Source: an uncultured SAR86 cluster bacterium
GTDB lineage: Bacteria; Pseudomonadota; Gammaproteobacteria; Magnimaribacterales; D2472
Direction: 5' to 3'
Assembly (NCBI GenBank): GCA_902591565.1
Contig: CACJBC010000001.1
Coordinates: 132,758 to 196,757 of the forward strand
Length of the DNA: 64,000 bases
Shown: positions 10,641-21,587 of the stretch, piece after piece
Position numbering within the stretch: the first letter of the stretch is position 1
Layout of the letters: every line of letters begins with the position of its first letter
Made by a program: the position numbers and the translations under genes
The notes under the pieces: generated by a model
Databases searched by the model: none
What the model was told of the DNA's origin: nothing
Seen by the model: the letters and a program-made list of their open reading frames with translations, nothing else

Positions 10641-12209
10641 ATGGTTTTAATAGGGTCAGAATTAACTATGAATGAAACTAATACGGCACAAGCATTTCAT
10701 CTAAATAATGAAAAATTAATTGCTCATGCTGTAAAAAATAATGAGGGTATTATTGCTAGTAATGGTGCTTTTGCTACATCTACTGGAACTAGAACAGGTA
10801 GAAGTCCCAACGATAGATTTATTGTAGATGAGCCTACAACATCAAGCCTTATTGATTGGGGGGAAATTAACAAACCCTTCAGTTCAGAAAAATTTGATTT
10901 ACTTTGGGATAAGGTTGATAGCTATCTTTCAAATAGAAATAGATATATCTCTCATCTTCATGTTGGCTCACATCAAGAACACTATTTACCAATAAAAGTA
11001 ACTACAGAAACAGCGTGGCATGGTTTATTTGCAAGATTAATATTTGTTGTTCCAAATGAATTTAATCCGTCAAAAAAAGAGGAATGGGAGATTCTAAGTG
11101 CCTCTAACTATGAATGTATCCCCGAAAAAGATGGAACCAACTCAGAAGCTTGTGTGATTATAAATTTTGAAAAAAGAAAAGTTTTGCTTGCTGGTATGAA
11201 GTATGCAGGTGAGCTTAAAAAATCTATGTTTTCTGCTCAAAATTTTTTATTACCTGAAAAAGATGTACTCCCAATGCACTGTTCAGCTAATGTAAATTCC
11301 GATGGTAAAGTGGCTCTCTTTTTTGGACTATCAGGAACTGGCAAAACTACACTATCAGCAGATCCAACCTGTTCATTAATTGGCGATGATGAGCATGGGT
11401 GGGGGCAAGGTTCTGTATTTAATTTTGAAGGAGGGTGTTATGCTAAAACAATAGACCTCTCTGAAAAAAATGAACCTGTTATTTATAAAGCTATCAAGCA
11501 TGGTAGTGTAATTGAAAATGTTTTCTTAAATGAAGCTGGCGAACCTGATTATTACAACACCACCATATCTGAAAATGGAAGATGTTGTTATCCAAGATCT
11601 CATATTGAAGATGCTATAGAAGAGAATGCAGCTGGTGAACCTGAAACAGTAATTTTCCTAACTTGTGATTTAACTGGGCTCATACCACCGGTTTCAATTC
11701 TCTCAAAAGAAGCAGCAGCCTACCATTTTCTAAGCGGATATACCGCTAAAGTTGGTTCAACAGAAATGGGATCAAGCTCATCTATTGAATCCACTTTTTC
11801 AACATGTTTTGGCGCACCTTTTTTTCCAAGACCAGCTGGAGTGTATGCTGATTTATTAATGAAAAGAGTTGAAGCTTACGGCTCTAAAGTTTTCCTTGTA
11901 AATACTGGGTGGACTGGAGGTCCATATGGCATTGGTTCAAGATTTGATATTCCTACAACAAGAAGAATTGTTAATGCTATTCAAAACGGTGAGCTTAATA
12001 ATGTTGAGACTCAACATATTGCAGGCCTTAATTTAGATGTTCCAACAAATGTTGACGGAGTTGAAAGCAAGCTTTTAAATCCAATTGAGACATGGAAAGA
12101 CGCTGAAAGCTATCAAGCGTACTTAAAAGAATTGGTTCAAAAATTCCAAAATAACTTTGAAAAATTTGATGTTGGACATGATATTATCTCTGCAGGACCA
12201 AAATTTTAG
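10641..12209 (+). CDS. pckA: phosphoenolpyruvate carboxykinase (ATP); start may be 10668
   Basis: [40 protein letters not shown]. Confidence 0.97.
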   Translation: MVLIGSELTMNETNTAQAFHLNNEKLIAHAVKNNEGIIASNGAFATSTGTRTGRSPNDRFIVDEPTTSSLIDWGEINKPFSSEKFDLLWDKVDSYLSNRNRYISHLHVGSHQEHYLPIKVTTETAWHGLFARLIFVVPNEFNPSKKEEWEILSASNYECIPEKDGTNSEACVIINFEKRKVLLAGMKYAGELKKSMFSAQNFLLPEKDVLPMHCSANVNSDGKVALFFGLSGTGKTTLSADPTCSLIGDDEHGWGQGSVFNFEGGCYAKTIDLSEKNEPVIYKAIKHGSVIENVFLNEAGEPDYYNTTISENGRCCYPRSHIEDAIEENAAGEPETVIFLTCDLTGLIPPVSILSKEAAAYHFLSGYTAKVGSTEMGSSSSIESTFSTCFGAPFFPRPAGVYADLLMKRVEAYGSKVFLVNTGWTGGPYGIGSRFDIPTTRRIVNAIQNGELNNVETQHIAGLNLDVPTNVDGVESKLLNPIETWKDAESYQAYLKELVQKFQNNFEKFDVGHDIISAGPKF

Positions 12210-12217
12210 AGATAACT

Positions 12218-13711
12218 GTGGATTTCCACAACTTATTAGAAAATCTTAATCAACAATCTTTTTTCTCAGACCTGATAATTGAAAGAGGTATTGAAAAAGA
12301 ATCGCTAAGAGTTACGAAAGATGGATATATTTCAAAAACAGGGCATCCAGAAACCCTTGGATCTTCATACACAAACCCGTCAATAACAACAGACTTTGCA
12401 GAGTCGCTTATTGAAGTCGTAACGCCAACCTATACAACTGTCGATGAGCTATATGAAAATCTAACCACAATTCATTTCTTTATAAATAAAAATTTAAAAA
12501 ATGGAGAAATGTTATGGCCTTTATCCATGCCACCAAAAATTGAGGATGAATCAGATATAAATATTGCAACATATGGAAAAAGCAACATGGCTAAGCTTAA
12601 ACATATTTATCGAAAAGGTCTTGCAATAAGATACGGTAAGACAATGCAATGCGTTTCAGGTATACATTATAATTTTTCTGTATCTGATAAAACTTTAAAG
12701 CAACTTGGATATTCATCACAAAATGAGAAAAATAAAGCTTATCTAAATTTAATCAGAAATTTTAAAAGGTTGTTTTGGTTTGTATTAATTGAATTTGGTA
12801 ACTCTCCTGTAGTTAATAAATCTTTTGTTGCTGGCAGAGCTAATGATTTGGATCTGCTCAATGAGGCTGATTTATTTAAGCCCTATGCCACTTCATTAAG
12901 AATGAGTGATATAGGCTATCAAAGCAAAGCTCAAAAAAATCTAAACTTTAAATACAATGATCTTGATGGATTTTTATCTGAACTAAGAAGTGCAATAGTG
13001 AATCCTTATCCTGAATTTGAAGATCTTGGGCTAAAAGATATCAATAATGAGTTTCAACAAATATCTAGTGGTATTTTACAGATTGAAAATGAGCTTTATG
13101 ACTGTATTAGGCCTAAGAGAGCCGGCAAAAGTGGCCAAAGGCCTTATCAGCTCTTAAAAGAACTAGGCATACAGTACGTTGAAGTTAGAGGAATTGATCT
13201 TAATCCAGATGAAGTTGTTGGTATTTCTAAGGAGCATATAAGAATATTAGATCTTTTGCTTATTTATTGTTTAATAACGCCAAGTAAAAAAATGACCAAT
13301 AAAGAAAAAATAGCAATTGAGCAGCAAGATATAAATGTAATTAAATATGGCAGGAACCCTAATCTTAAAGTGTTATTTAAAAATAATGAAATATCTATAA
13401 GCGCCGCGAGAAAAGAGCTAGTTAAGGATCTTGAACAACTAGCATCAAGGTTCAATGATCAAGATTTTATGGACGCTGTTAAAAATATTGGAGATTTTAA
13501 GAAAAACAAATTTAACCATGAAATATCATTCCATGATTATGGAATTGAAAAGGCTAAGCAAAATTCAAAAATAATTAAATCTTTTGCAAATATTGATCTT
13601 GAATCGTGCGAAAAGGAAGCTAGCGACTCATTAAAAGAGTTTGATAAAATAAATCAGGAACAAGCAATTTCTTTTAATGATTTTATAGAAAAATATAATT
13701 CAAAAATATAA
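12218..13711 (+). CDS. gshA: glutamate-cysteine ligase
   Basis: RGIEKESLRV, ITTDFAES, SGIHYNFS, TSLRMSDIGY, LQIENELY, YVEVR. Confidence 0.95.
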   Translation: MDFHNLLENLNQQSFFSDLIIERGIEKESLRVTKDGYISKTGHPETLGSSYTNPSITTDFAESLIEVVTPTYTTVDELYENLTTIHFFINKNLKNGEMLWPLSMPPKIEDESDINIATYGKSNMAKLKHIYRKGLAIRYGKTMQCVSGIHYNFSVSDKTLKQLGYSSQNEKNKAYLNLIRNFKRLFWFVLIEFGNSPVVNKSFVAGRANDLDLLNEADLFKPYATSLRMSDIGYQSKAQKNLNFKYNDLDGFLSELRSAIVNPYPEFEDLGLKDINNEFQQISSGILQIENELYDCIRPKRAGKSGQRPYQLLKELGIQYVEVRGIDLNPDEVVGISKEHIRILDLLLIYCLITPSKKMTNKEKIAIEQQDINVIKYGRNPNLKVLFKNNEISISAARKELVKDLEQLASRFNDQDFMDAVKNIGDFKKNKFNHEISFHDYGIEKAKQNSKIIKSFANIDLESCEKEASDSLKEFDKINQEQAISFNDFIEKYNSKI

Positions 13712-13723
13712 ATAGGGGTATAT

Positions 13724-14728
13724 ATGAAAGCTTTACAATGTATAGAACTCGGTGGTCCAGAAAAGCTAGTTGTTAACGAAATCGCAGATCCGATAATTGC
13801 TGATGATCATGTAATTATTGAAGTTAAATCTGCTAGCGTAAACTTTCCTGACGTTTTAATGATTCAAGGCTTGTATCAATTTCAACCACCTCTCCCTTTT
13901 ATCCCAGGAGGAGAATCAGCAGGAGTTATTACAGAATTAGGCAAAGGTGTAGAAGGCTTCAACATAGGAGATAAGGTTTTTGCTGCAACCGGTGTTGGCG
14001 GTATATGTGAAAAAATACTGGCTCATAAAAATAATGTTAGGCACATACCAGATGATATGGATTTTGAAATAGCTGCTGCTCTTTCAGTAACATACGGGAC
14101 CTCAATATATGCTTTAAAGCAAAGAGCAAATTTACGAGCCGGAGAAACCTTATTAGTTTTGGGAGCTTCGGGTGGTGTGGGTTTAGCAACTGTGCAACTT
14201 GGTAAAGCTATGGGAGCTAGAGTTATTGCAGCTGCCTCAACTCAAGAAAAAGTTGATATTTGTATAGAAAATGGAGCTGATGAAGGCTTTATTTATCCCT
14301 CTGGTAATCTTGATAGAGACCAACAAAAAGAGCTATCAAATAAAATAAAAGAGTTAACTGGAGGCATGGGGCCAAATGTTATTTATGATCCTGTAGGTGG
14401 TACCTATGCAGAACCATGTTTGAGATCTATTGCTTGGGATGGGAGATATCTTGTAATTGGATTTGCGGCAGGTGCTGATCAAATACCTAAGATGCCTCTA
14501 AATTTAACTTTACTTAAAGGCTGTCAAATCGTCGGGGTTTTTTGGGGCGCATGGACAGGAATGTTTCCTGAAGAAAACCAAAAAAACTTTGAAGAGCTTT
14601 TTGAAATGTACAAAAATGGAAAGATTGACCCGTCACCTTCAGATAAGTTTACTCTAGACACTGCTGCTGATGCCATTGCCCATCTTAAAGATAGAAAAGC
14701 AAAAGGTAAGGTAGTGATAAACCTATAA
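13724..14728 (+). CDS. NADPH:quinone oxidoreductase family (MDR) protein
   Basis: VNFPDVL..QGLYQ..P.LPFIPG.E, GASGGVG, GKVVI. Confidence 0.9.
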   Translation: MKALQCIELGGPEKLVVNEIADPIIADDHVIIEVKSASVNFPDVLMIQGLYQFQPPLPFIPGGESAGVITELGKGVEGFNIGDKVFAATGVGGICEKILAHKNNVRHIPDDMDFEIAAALSVTYGTSIYALKQRANLRAGETLLVLGASGGVGLATVQLGKAMGARVIAAASTQEKVDICIENGADEGFIYPSGNLDRDQQKELSNKIKELTGGMGPNVIYDPVGGTYAEPCLRSIAWDGRYLVIGFAAGADQIPKMPLNLTLLKGCQIVGVFWGAWTGMFPEENQKNFEELFEMYKNGKIDPSPSDKFTLDTAADAIAHLKDRKAKGKVVINL

Positions 14729-14729
14729 A

Positions 14730-16085
14730 TTAAGTTTTGTAGTGAATTAAATCTGAATCCAGCTTGTCTCTGTATTCTCTTATCTTATTCCAGTCACCGG
14801 ATATCGCTATAGTCTTTCCTTCATCTTGAATATTTAAGTACATATTTTTTCCATCAGGAGAAAAACAGATTCCAGCAATTTCAGAGCTGCTGTTTCCTGC
14901 CACTCTTCCTAGAGGATATAAGGTACCATTTGGCGTGCAACCAATAAGTTTGCATGCTTTACTGTCGTTATCTTCACAAATTATTAGGTCGCCCCATGGT
15001 GTTATGTTTATGTTATCGCCCTCCCATAGATTATTAGTATTATCTGATTCATAAAAAAGTGATATTTTTGATTTTGATGGAGAATATTTCCAAATCTGGC
15101 CAAGACCAGCTTGACCGCCTCTTTTGCATGTAAAGAATATATTAGAAGTTGAATCTTTATCGTTTGTAAAAATAATACCTTCACCACCATTAAAGATTGA
15201 GGCGCCTTCATTTTGTCCTTGTGTTTTGGTTTTAACAGATTTTGCTGAGGGATCTTGAATACGCACCCATTCCACAGAAAAAGAGTCACCTACTGAAATA
15301 GAACCATTTTTATTCGATGTATTTTTTATACCAGGTATTTTTAGTGCAAAAAGCTTGCCTGGTCCACTTAGCTGGCCTTTAGTTGATGGAATAAATTTAT
15401 AAAATAATCCGCTGTAATCGTCTTCTGTCTGATAAACGCATCCCTCCGGATCATTTAAGTCCACGGTAATTGCTTCTCTTTGAAATCTGCCCATATGAGT
15501 AAGCCTCTTATAACCATCTAAGGACTTTGATTCTGGATCAACTTCAAAGGCATAACCATGGTTTTCTCTATATGTTTCTTCACAAGATATCCATGTATTC
15601 CATGGGGTAGTACCTCCAGCACAATTATCGATTGTTCCTGAAAGACTTCTGTTGGAGCGTTTTAAAGTTCTGCCATCTGACTCAAGAACAAGAGTGCTTG
15701 TGCCTCCTGAATAAGCTCTTCCATTAACACCATCATAAGCTGTATCAATATTTAGGCTTTTGTCTTTACTTTTTGTTTCATGATTCACCACCAGGGCAGT
15801 TGAGCCATCACTCAATTCAAATGCAGCCATGCCATCTGGTCTTTTTCCAAAGTTTAGACCATCACTCATTAAGTCTCCAGATGAAATAATAACCTTATAA
15901 GAAAAGCCATTAGGAAGATCAAATAATGCTCTAGGATCTTTAACCAGCATACCATCCCATTTTTGTTCAAGATTTGCGATTGATTTTTCTGAAGCCATTA
16001 ATCTTCCACCGCCATAAGCGAATAAAATCAACATTGCTGAAGATTGTCCGGCTTTTTTTATAAACTGTCTTTTAGATTTATCCAT
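14730..16085 (-). CDS. phoX: PhoX-family (DUF839) alkaline phosphatase, probably Tat-exported
   Basis: PDGMAAF, VNHE, NCAGGTTPWNTWISCEE, MGRFQREA, DNI..TPWGDLIICED, EIAG..FSPDG. Confidence 0.82.
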   Translation of the reverse strand: MDKSKRQFIKKAGQSSAMLILFAYGGGRLMASEKSIANLEQKWDGMLVKDPRALFDLPNGFSYKVIISSGDLMSDGLNFGKRPDGMAAFELSDGSTALVVNHETKSKDKSLNIDTAYDGVNGRAYSGGTSTLVLESDGRTLKRSNRSLSGTIDNCAGGTTPWNTWISCEETYRENHGYAFEVDPESKSLDGYKRLTHMGRFQREAITVDLNDPEGCVYQTEDDYSGLFYKFIPSTKGQLSGPGKLFALKIPGIKNTSNKNGSISVGDSFSVEWVRIQDPSAKSVKTKTQGQNEGASIFNGGEGIIFTNDKDSTSNIFFTCKRGGQAGLGQIWKYSPSKSKISLFYESDNTNNLWEGDNINITPWGDLIICEDNDSKACKLIGCTPNGTLYPLGRVAGNSSSEIAGICFSPDGKNMYLNIQDEGKTIAISGDWNKIREYRDKLDSDLIHYKT

Positions 16086-16132
16086 AACTTAAATATATCC
16101 CAATAAAGTTAAAATTTTGTTACAAACATAGT

Positions 16133-16771
16133 TTAATTTGTAACAGATTGATAGGTTAAGGAGAGCCTTGATACGTCAAAAGGAGGTCTGAAAATACCTG
16201 CAAAATCTCCGTTTGGATCAAGCAAAATAATGTTATTCACATGATTATCTAAATGCGAATGATCCATATGATTGGAGGAACTTGGCATAACATTATTAAC
16301 TGATAACTGAGTTGCAAGACTTAAAAGCATAGATCTGTTATTACTAACTCCAATAAAATCTTTGTCGAACCCCTTTGCATAATTATCAATCATTTCTGGT
16401 GTGTCCCTTTCCGGATCAATAGATACTAATATCCATTGTTTGTCATCTAACTTATATTCTTTATCCCTGAGAACTTTTATAAGTTTGGATAATTGATACA
16501 TGGTTGTTGGGCATTCATCAGGACATTTTGTAAAACCAAAGTACATTAGAGTCCATTTGCCCATAAGGTCTGATTTACTAAATATTTTTTTGTTTGAGGA
16601 TAAAAACTCAAAATCTGAAATTTGCTTTGGCTCGTCAAATAAAAAAAGCCCATTTACAAGCAACTCATCATCTGAGAGTGTTCTCGGAGTAGTCAATTTA
16701 TTAATAAATAAACCAAGAACGGTTACTATAAAGATAGCTATTAGGAGCAGGTTTTTGTTTATTGATTTCAT
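16133..16771 (-). CDS. SCO1/SenC copper chaperone
   Basis: FGFTKCPDECP, SIDPERD, conserved His; in cox cluster. Confidence 0.92.
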   Translation of the reverse strand: MKSINKNLLLIAIFIVTVLGLFINKLTTPRTLSDDELLVNGLFLFDEPKQISDFEFLSSNKKIFSKSDLMGKWTLMYFGFTKCPDECPTTMYQLSKLIKVLRDKEYKLDDKQWILVSIDPERDTPEMIDNYAKGFDKDFIGVSNNRSMLLSLATQLSVNNVMPSSSNHMDHSHLDNHVNNIILLDPNGDFAGIFRPPFDVSRLSLTYQSVTN

Positions 16772-17631
16772 TTAATTAAATAGTGATCTAATAACAATGC
16801 TACGAATATTAAAAAAATATAATAGATTGAGAAATTAAAAGTTTTCATTGCTATTGCGTCGTTGTCACTGAAATATAGTTTGACTGAATAATACATAAAG
16901 ATTGAGCTAAGTATTATTGCGGAGAATAAATATATATAACCTGACATCAATACAATGTAGGGGAGAACACTTACGATAAATAAAATAATTGTGTACAAAA
17001 CAATTTGAAGCTTGGTAAATGCAACCCCATGAGTAACTGGAAGCATTGGTATTGATTCTTTTGCGTACTCTTCTTTTCGATAAATTGCCAATGCCCAAAA
17101 GTGTGGTGGGGTCCAAACAAAAATTATTAAGACTAGTAAAAGTGCGTAGGGATCAATTGTATTGGAAATTGCAGCCCAGCCTAATAGTGGCGGTGCTGCT
17201 CCTGCCAAGCCGCCAATAACTATATTTTGTGGCGTCGCTCTTTTTAAATACACAGTATAGACAAATGCATAACCAATTAATGAAGCAAGGGTTAATATCA
17301 TTGTTAATGTGTTTATATAAAGGAATAGAATTAAAGCCCCTGATGTTCCAATTACCAAAGCAAAAGAAGAAGCATGAAATGCACTAAGCTCTCCTTGAGG
17401 AAGGGGTCTTTGATCGGTTCGAGTCATGGCCGCGTCTGCTTTTCTATCAATTACTTGGTTTATTGCAGCAGCTGATCCTGAACACAAAGCGATTCCTATT
17501 AATGCAATTATAATTCTTGAAACTGAATTAATTGTCTCTTCAGCTAACAACATTCCTACCAAGGCACAAATAAGCATCATATAAACTACATTTGGCTTAC
17601 ATAGCAGGTAGTAACTTCTTAAGAGTTTCAT
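16768..17631 (-). CDS. cyoE: protoheme IX farnesyltransferase (heme O synthase)
   Basis: DAAMTRT..RPL, NIVIGG.AGA.PPL, WTPPHFWALA; ATGA overlap with upstream gene. Confidence 0.95.
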   Translation of the reverse strand: MKLLRSYYLLCKPNVVYMMLICALVGMLLAEETINSVSRIIIALIGIALCSGSAAAINQVIDRKADAAMTRTDQRPLPQGELSAFHASSFALVIGTSGALILFLYINTLTMILTLASLIGYAFVYTVYLKRATPQNIVIGGLAGAAPPLLGWAAISNTIDPYALLLVLIIFVWTPPHFWALAIYRKEEYAKESIPMLPVTHGVAFTKLQIVLYTIILFIVSVLPYIVLMSGYIYLFSAIILSSIFMYYSVKLYFSDNDAIAMKTFNFSIYYIFLIFVALLLDHYLIK

Positions 17632-18602
17632 TTTTTCCAAGCTAAATAATTAACTGTAAAAATAGATAACAATAACAAAGCGGCAACCAAATTATGTGCT
17701 ATTGCTACATATAAAGGCAATACATATACAACATTGATAATTCCTAAACTAATTTGTGTTATTAGAAGAATGCCAATTGTTGACGCAAGAGGAGCAGCAT
17801 TAGAAAACCATAGTTTTGAAATAAGAATCAAGAAAACCAAGGTAACTAGAATTGCGGAAACTCTATGTGAGTAATGAATCGCTACTCTAGATGGGTTGTC
17901 TAGTAGTCCGTATAAATAATTTGGGCCAACCTCTTGATTAAGATTGAATCCATTTTTGAAATCCATTTCTGGCATGTAGCTTCCCTGGCATGTTGGAAAG
18001 TCTGCGCAAGCCAAAGAAGCATAGTTTGTACTTGTCCAAACTCCTAGAAAGATCTGAAACAGTAAAACAATAAGAGCTATTCCTGCTATAGTCTTTAGTT
18101 TTGGTATAGCCATTTTTTCTAGAATATCAAATTTACCCGACATTAAAAAAATAAGAAAAAACAAAGTTAAAGTAGTAAATCCACCAAAAAGATGAGCGGT
18201 AACTATTATTGGTAATAGCAATAAGCTTACTGTTAAATAGCCAAAAAGCCCCTGACAACAAATAAAAATTAATAAGCCTATTGTCCAGCGTCTAATATTT
18301 TTATTCTCATTTTGCTTAAAAGAATAATAAACCATGATTATTGCAAGAAAGCCTAAGGCAGCAGCGAAATACCTATGCACTACTTCAGGTATTGCTTTAT
18401 TTATGTCATATGGAAATGTTGGGTATCTAGCTTCGGCTAACGCTATTTCAGCTTCATTGGTTGGAAAAACAACAAAGCCATAACATCCTGGCCAGTCTGG
18501 ACATCCAAGACCTGCGTCTACAAGCCTTGTCCAAGCTCCTAAAGCAATAACCACAAAAGCTAAGCATATGCCGAAAAGCGATAAATTTTTAATATTATTC
18601 AT
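17628..18602 (-). CDS. ctaA: heme A synthase (COX15/CtaA)
   Basis: GLGCPDWPGC, EVVHRY, AHL, ACADFPTC, HR. Confidence 0.93.
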   Translation of the reverse strand: MNNIKNLSLFGICLAFVVIALGAWTRLVDAGLGCPDWPGCYGFVVFPTNEAEIALAEARYPTFPYDINKAIPEVVHRYFAAALGFLAIIMVYYSFKQNENKNIRRWTIGLLIFICCQGLFGYLTVSLLLLPIIVTAHLFGGFTTLTLFFLIFLMSGKFDILEKMAIPKLKTIAGIALIVLLFQIFLGVWTSTNYASLACADFPTCQGSYMPEMDFKNGFNLNQEVGPNYLYGLLDNPSRVAIHYSHRVSAILVTLVFLILISKLWFSNAAPLASTIGILLITQISLGIINVVYVLPLYVAIAHNLVAALLLLSIFTVNYLAWKK

Positions 18603-19150
18603 TAGATTAGTACCTTTAAGTCTTTAAGAATTTTTTTTGGGTCAGTTCCAGGATTGAAATACATTACTGCCCTTCCATAGGGATCGATTATAAAAATAGG
18701 GTTTTCTTGAAACATATCTACTGTCGAGTTTTTTTGCAACACATTAATCAATACTCCATTTTTATCGTTAATCAATTCGGTTCTCGGATACTCCTGAATT
18801 AAATTATCGATTTCATTTTTGAGCTTTTGGTTTGAAAAGAAAGCAACTCGTTTTACTTTATATATGTCTCTATTGAGAGCAACATTTAATTGCCTCATTA
18901 AATATATGGACTCTTTTGACTTTGATATGTTCGTTATATACACACCCATAACCCATTTACCATCTTCAAATTTAATAAGCTCTTCATCTTTTACATTATT
19001 AAACTGATCAAAATTAAAATAACTTTTAAAAAATACACCATTGTTTTTTGTTCCCTCAGGAGAATATCCCAAAGCAAAATAAAGAGATGAAAAAGTAACC
19101 ACCAATATGGGTGTTAATAAAAGAATTGCTAAAAATATCTTATTCTTCAT
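18602..19150 (-). CDS. membrane-anchored hypothetical protein of cox assembly cluster
   Basis: N-terminal TM, IIDPYG..VMY..KILKDLK end; between SURF1 and ctaA. Confidence 0.75.
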   Translation of the reverse strand: MKNKIFLAILLLTPILVVTFSSLYFALGYSPEGTKNNGVFFKSYFNFDQFNNVKDEELIKFEDGKWVMGVYITNISKSKESIYLMRQLNVALNRDIYKVKRVAFFSNQKLKNEIDNLIQEYPRTELINDKNGVLINVLQKNSTVDMFQENPIFIIDPYGRAVMYFNPGTDPKKILKDLKVLI

Positions 19151-19841
19151 TTTTTTTAAATCCTATCCATATATACATTAAACATAATGCAACGAACATT
19201 GTGAACCACTGAATGGCATATCCAAAATGTTTTTCAGCAGTCATATTGCTTGGAATAATTTTTATATAAGCAAGACTGCTTTTTAGTGTTGGGTCTGCAA
19301 CTAAAATATATCGAGACAATTGCTCCTCAAACTCTTTTCTTAAAACATCAAGGTTTTTTGTCTGTGAAACCTTGGGCCAATTATCAGTTACTAAATCTTT
19401 TGACAATACAAAACCAAGTTCTGGATCTTCAAGGATTCCAGTCACTTCAACATATTCATCTTTGATATCAATTTTAGGCAAAGTGTCTCTAGATTTGCCT
19501 TGAGAAATCCAACCACGATCAACCAATATAAATATTCCTGTTTCATCGATTTGTAAAGGAGTTAAAACCTTATATCCAGCAATGCCAGAATTTATAACAT
19601 TATCAATAAGTATCTGCTTAGATCCGTTCCATATTCCTTTGACTTTAACTCTATCCCATTTAGAAGATACTTCTGAAAATAATTTAGGATTCTTTATAGA
19701 ATTATTATTAAACTGTTCGATTATATTTGATTTTTCATGGCCTCTTTCAACCTGCCATAAGCCAAGAAGAAAAAAAGTTGTAGCAAAAAAAATAAAAAAG
19801 GCAGTTATTTTTTTTCCTGGATTAAATTTTTTAAAATTCAT
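19140..19841 (-). CDS. SURF1-family protein
   Basis: LGLWQVER, LVDRGWI, HFGYAIQWF. Confidence 0.92.
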   Translation of the reverse strand: MNFKKFNPGKKITAFFIFFATTFFLLGLWQVERGHEKSNIIEQFNNNSIKNPKLFSEVSSKWDRVKVKGIWNGSKQILIDNVINSGIAGYKVLTPLQIDETGIFILVDRGWISQGKSRDTLPKIDIKDEYVEVTGILEDPELGFVLSKDLVTDNWPKVSQTKNLDVLRKEFEEQLSRYILVADPTLKSSLAYIKIIPSNMTAEKHFGYAIQWFTMFVALCLMYIWIGFKKNEE

Positions 19842-19874
19842 ATATTAAATTCATAATTGCTTTAAAATGGCACC

Positions 19875-20093
19875 ATGATTAAAACCCTAATTTATATAGA
19901 TGTATTCCTGATAATGGTATCACTTGGTAGTGGTCTTTACTTTTTAATCGTTGACCAAGGCAAGCCAGATAGCAAAAGAACTGTCTATAGTTTGGGTTTT
20001 AGGGTCACGCTAGCTGTCATTTTAGTAATTCTTGTAACTATAGGCTTAATAACTGGTGAATTAGGCAACACAGTTCCTTGGGATGAGTCTTAA
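19875..20093 (+). CDS. small twin-TM protein (DUF2909-like)
   Basis: SLGSGLYFL..D....KRTVYSLGFRV; opposite strand between coxC and SURF1 as in other gammaproteobacteria. Confidence 0.78.
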   Translation: MIKTLIYIDVFLIMVSLGSGLYFLIVDQGKPDSKRTVYSLGFRVTLAVILVILVTIGLITGELGNTVPWDES

Positions 20094-20096
20094 TTA

Positions 20097-21011
20097 TTAT
20101 AGTATATAAACAAATAAGAATAACATTACCCAAACCACATCAACAAAATGCCAATACCATGAGGCTGCTTCAAATCCAAAATGGTCGTGATCTTCAAAGT
20201 GTCCAGCAAAAACTGATCTAGCCAACATCACTGCTAGCATAAATCCACCCATCATTACATGGAAGCCGTGAAAGCCAGTAAGCATAAAAAATGTAGAACC
20301 ATAAATTCCTGAATTAAGTGTTAGTCCATAGTGGACATAAGCCTCGTAGTACTCAGCAGCTTGGAGGCCAACAAATATTAATGCCAACCCAACTGTTATT
20401 CCCAAGAAACGATTAAACTTTTTTCTATCTCCATTTTTAAGACCGATATGAGCAAAATGAACGGTTACACTTGAACTTAGCAAAACAATTGTATTCCATA
20501 ATGGTAGCCACTCTAATGCATGGCCCCAGCCAGGCCAAGCCATACTTTTTTCTGCTAATGCATATTCGGCACCTTTGTCAGGAGTTGTCATTACAGGCCA
20601 TGAGGATTCAAAGCCTTCCCACAAACCTATTGCAGATATTCCTACACCGTTTTCTCCTTCACCACTTAACCATGGAACAGCAAAACTTCTAACATAAAAT
20701 AAAGCGCCAAAAAAAGCTGCGAAAAACATTACTTCAGAAAATATAAACCAAGCCATGCCATAAACATACGATGTTTTTAATTGATTGCTGTCTAGGCCGG
20801 CCAGGTGCTCTTTTATAACCTGTCGAAACCAGAAAAACATTGTTGTAAACAAACAAGCTAATCCTGCGTACAGTATGTATGATGAATTGCTATCAGGGTT
20901 GTCTAGATTATTAATAGTGCTACTAGCACCCATCACTAATAAAAATAAAGAGACGGCCATAAAAATAGGAAATCTACTTTGTTCTGGTACGTAATAAGTT
21001 TGTGCGCTCAT
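20097..21011 (-). CDS. coxC: cytochrome c oxidase subunit III
   Basis: FIFSEVMFF, TGFHGFHV, WYWHFVDVVW. Confidence 0.96.
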   Translation of the reverse strand: MSAQTYYVPEQSRFPIFMAVSLFLLVMGASSTINNLDNPDSNSSYILYAGLACLFTTMFFWFRQVIKEHLAGLDSNQLKTSYVYGMAWFIFSEVMFFAAFFGALFYVRSFAVPWLSGEGENGVGISAIGLWEGFESSWPVMTTPDKGAEYALAEKSMAWPGWGHALEWLPLWNTIVLLSSSVTVHFAHIGLKNGDRKKFNRFLGITVGLALIFVGLQAAEYYEAYVHYGLTLNSGIYGSTFFMLTGFHGFHVMMGGFMLAVMLARSVFAGHFEDHDHFGFEAASWYWHFVDVVWVMLFLFVYIL

Positions 21012-21014
21012 TTT

Positions 21015-21587
21015 TTAATGCTCCATTCCGTGATGACCTTCGTTATCGACTTGAGCAACAGCCTCATCGTCGTACTCGGTAACATCAAAAATAGTATAAG
21101 ATAAAATTATGTTTTTAATATTTTTAGGAAGCTCATCAGATACTAACAACCTCACTGGAAGTAAGGCATCTTCGCCTGGTGCTAGCTCCTGTTGCTCAAA
21201 ACAAAAACATTCTAGCTTTTTCAAGTGAGCTGCCGCATTTGATGGAGCAACACTAGGCACGGCTTGAGCTGTCATTGTTTTATTTGTTGTATTTTTTACG
21301 TAATAAGTTGCAGTATAGTATTCACCTGTGGAAATAGTCATGACTTCTTCAGATGGTTTGAATATCCATGGCATATTTTCATTGTTAGTAGAAATAAATT
21401 GCAATCCCAGCGGTCTTCCATCTTCAATTACCAAATCTTTTGCATCATCTGTTTGAAAGACCTTTCCATTAATGCCAGTGACCTCACAAAAAACATTGTA
21501 TAAAGGCACTAAAGCAAAGCCAAAGGCAAACATAAGTGGAACAGCTATTACTAATCGTCTTAATGTTTTTTTGGCTTCAGAATTCAT
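21015..21587 (-). CDS. ctaG: cytochrome c oxidase assembly protein CtaG/Cox11
   Basis: VPLYNVFCEVTG, KLECFCF. Confidence 0.94.
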   Translation of the reverse strand: MNSEAKKTLRRLVIAVPLMFAFGFALVPLYNVFCEVTGINGKVFQTDDAKDLVIEDGRPLGLQFISTNNENMPWIFKPSEEVMTISTGEYYTATYYVKNTTNKTMTAQAVPSVAPSNAAAHLKKLECFCFEQQELAPGEDALLPVRLLVSDELPKNIKNIILSYTIFDVTEYDDEAVAQVDNEGHHGMEH

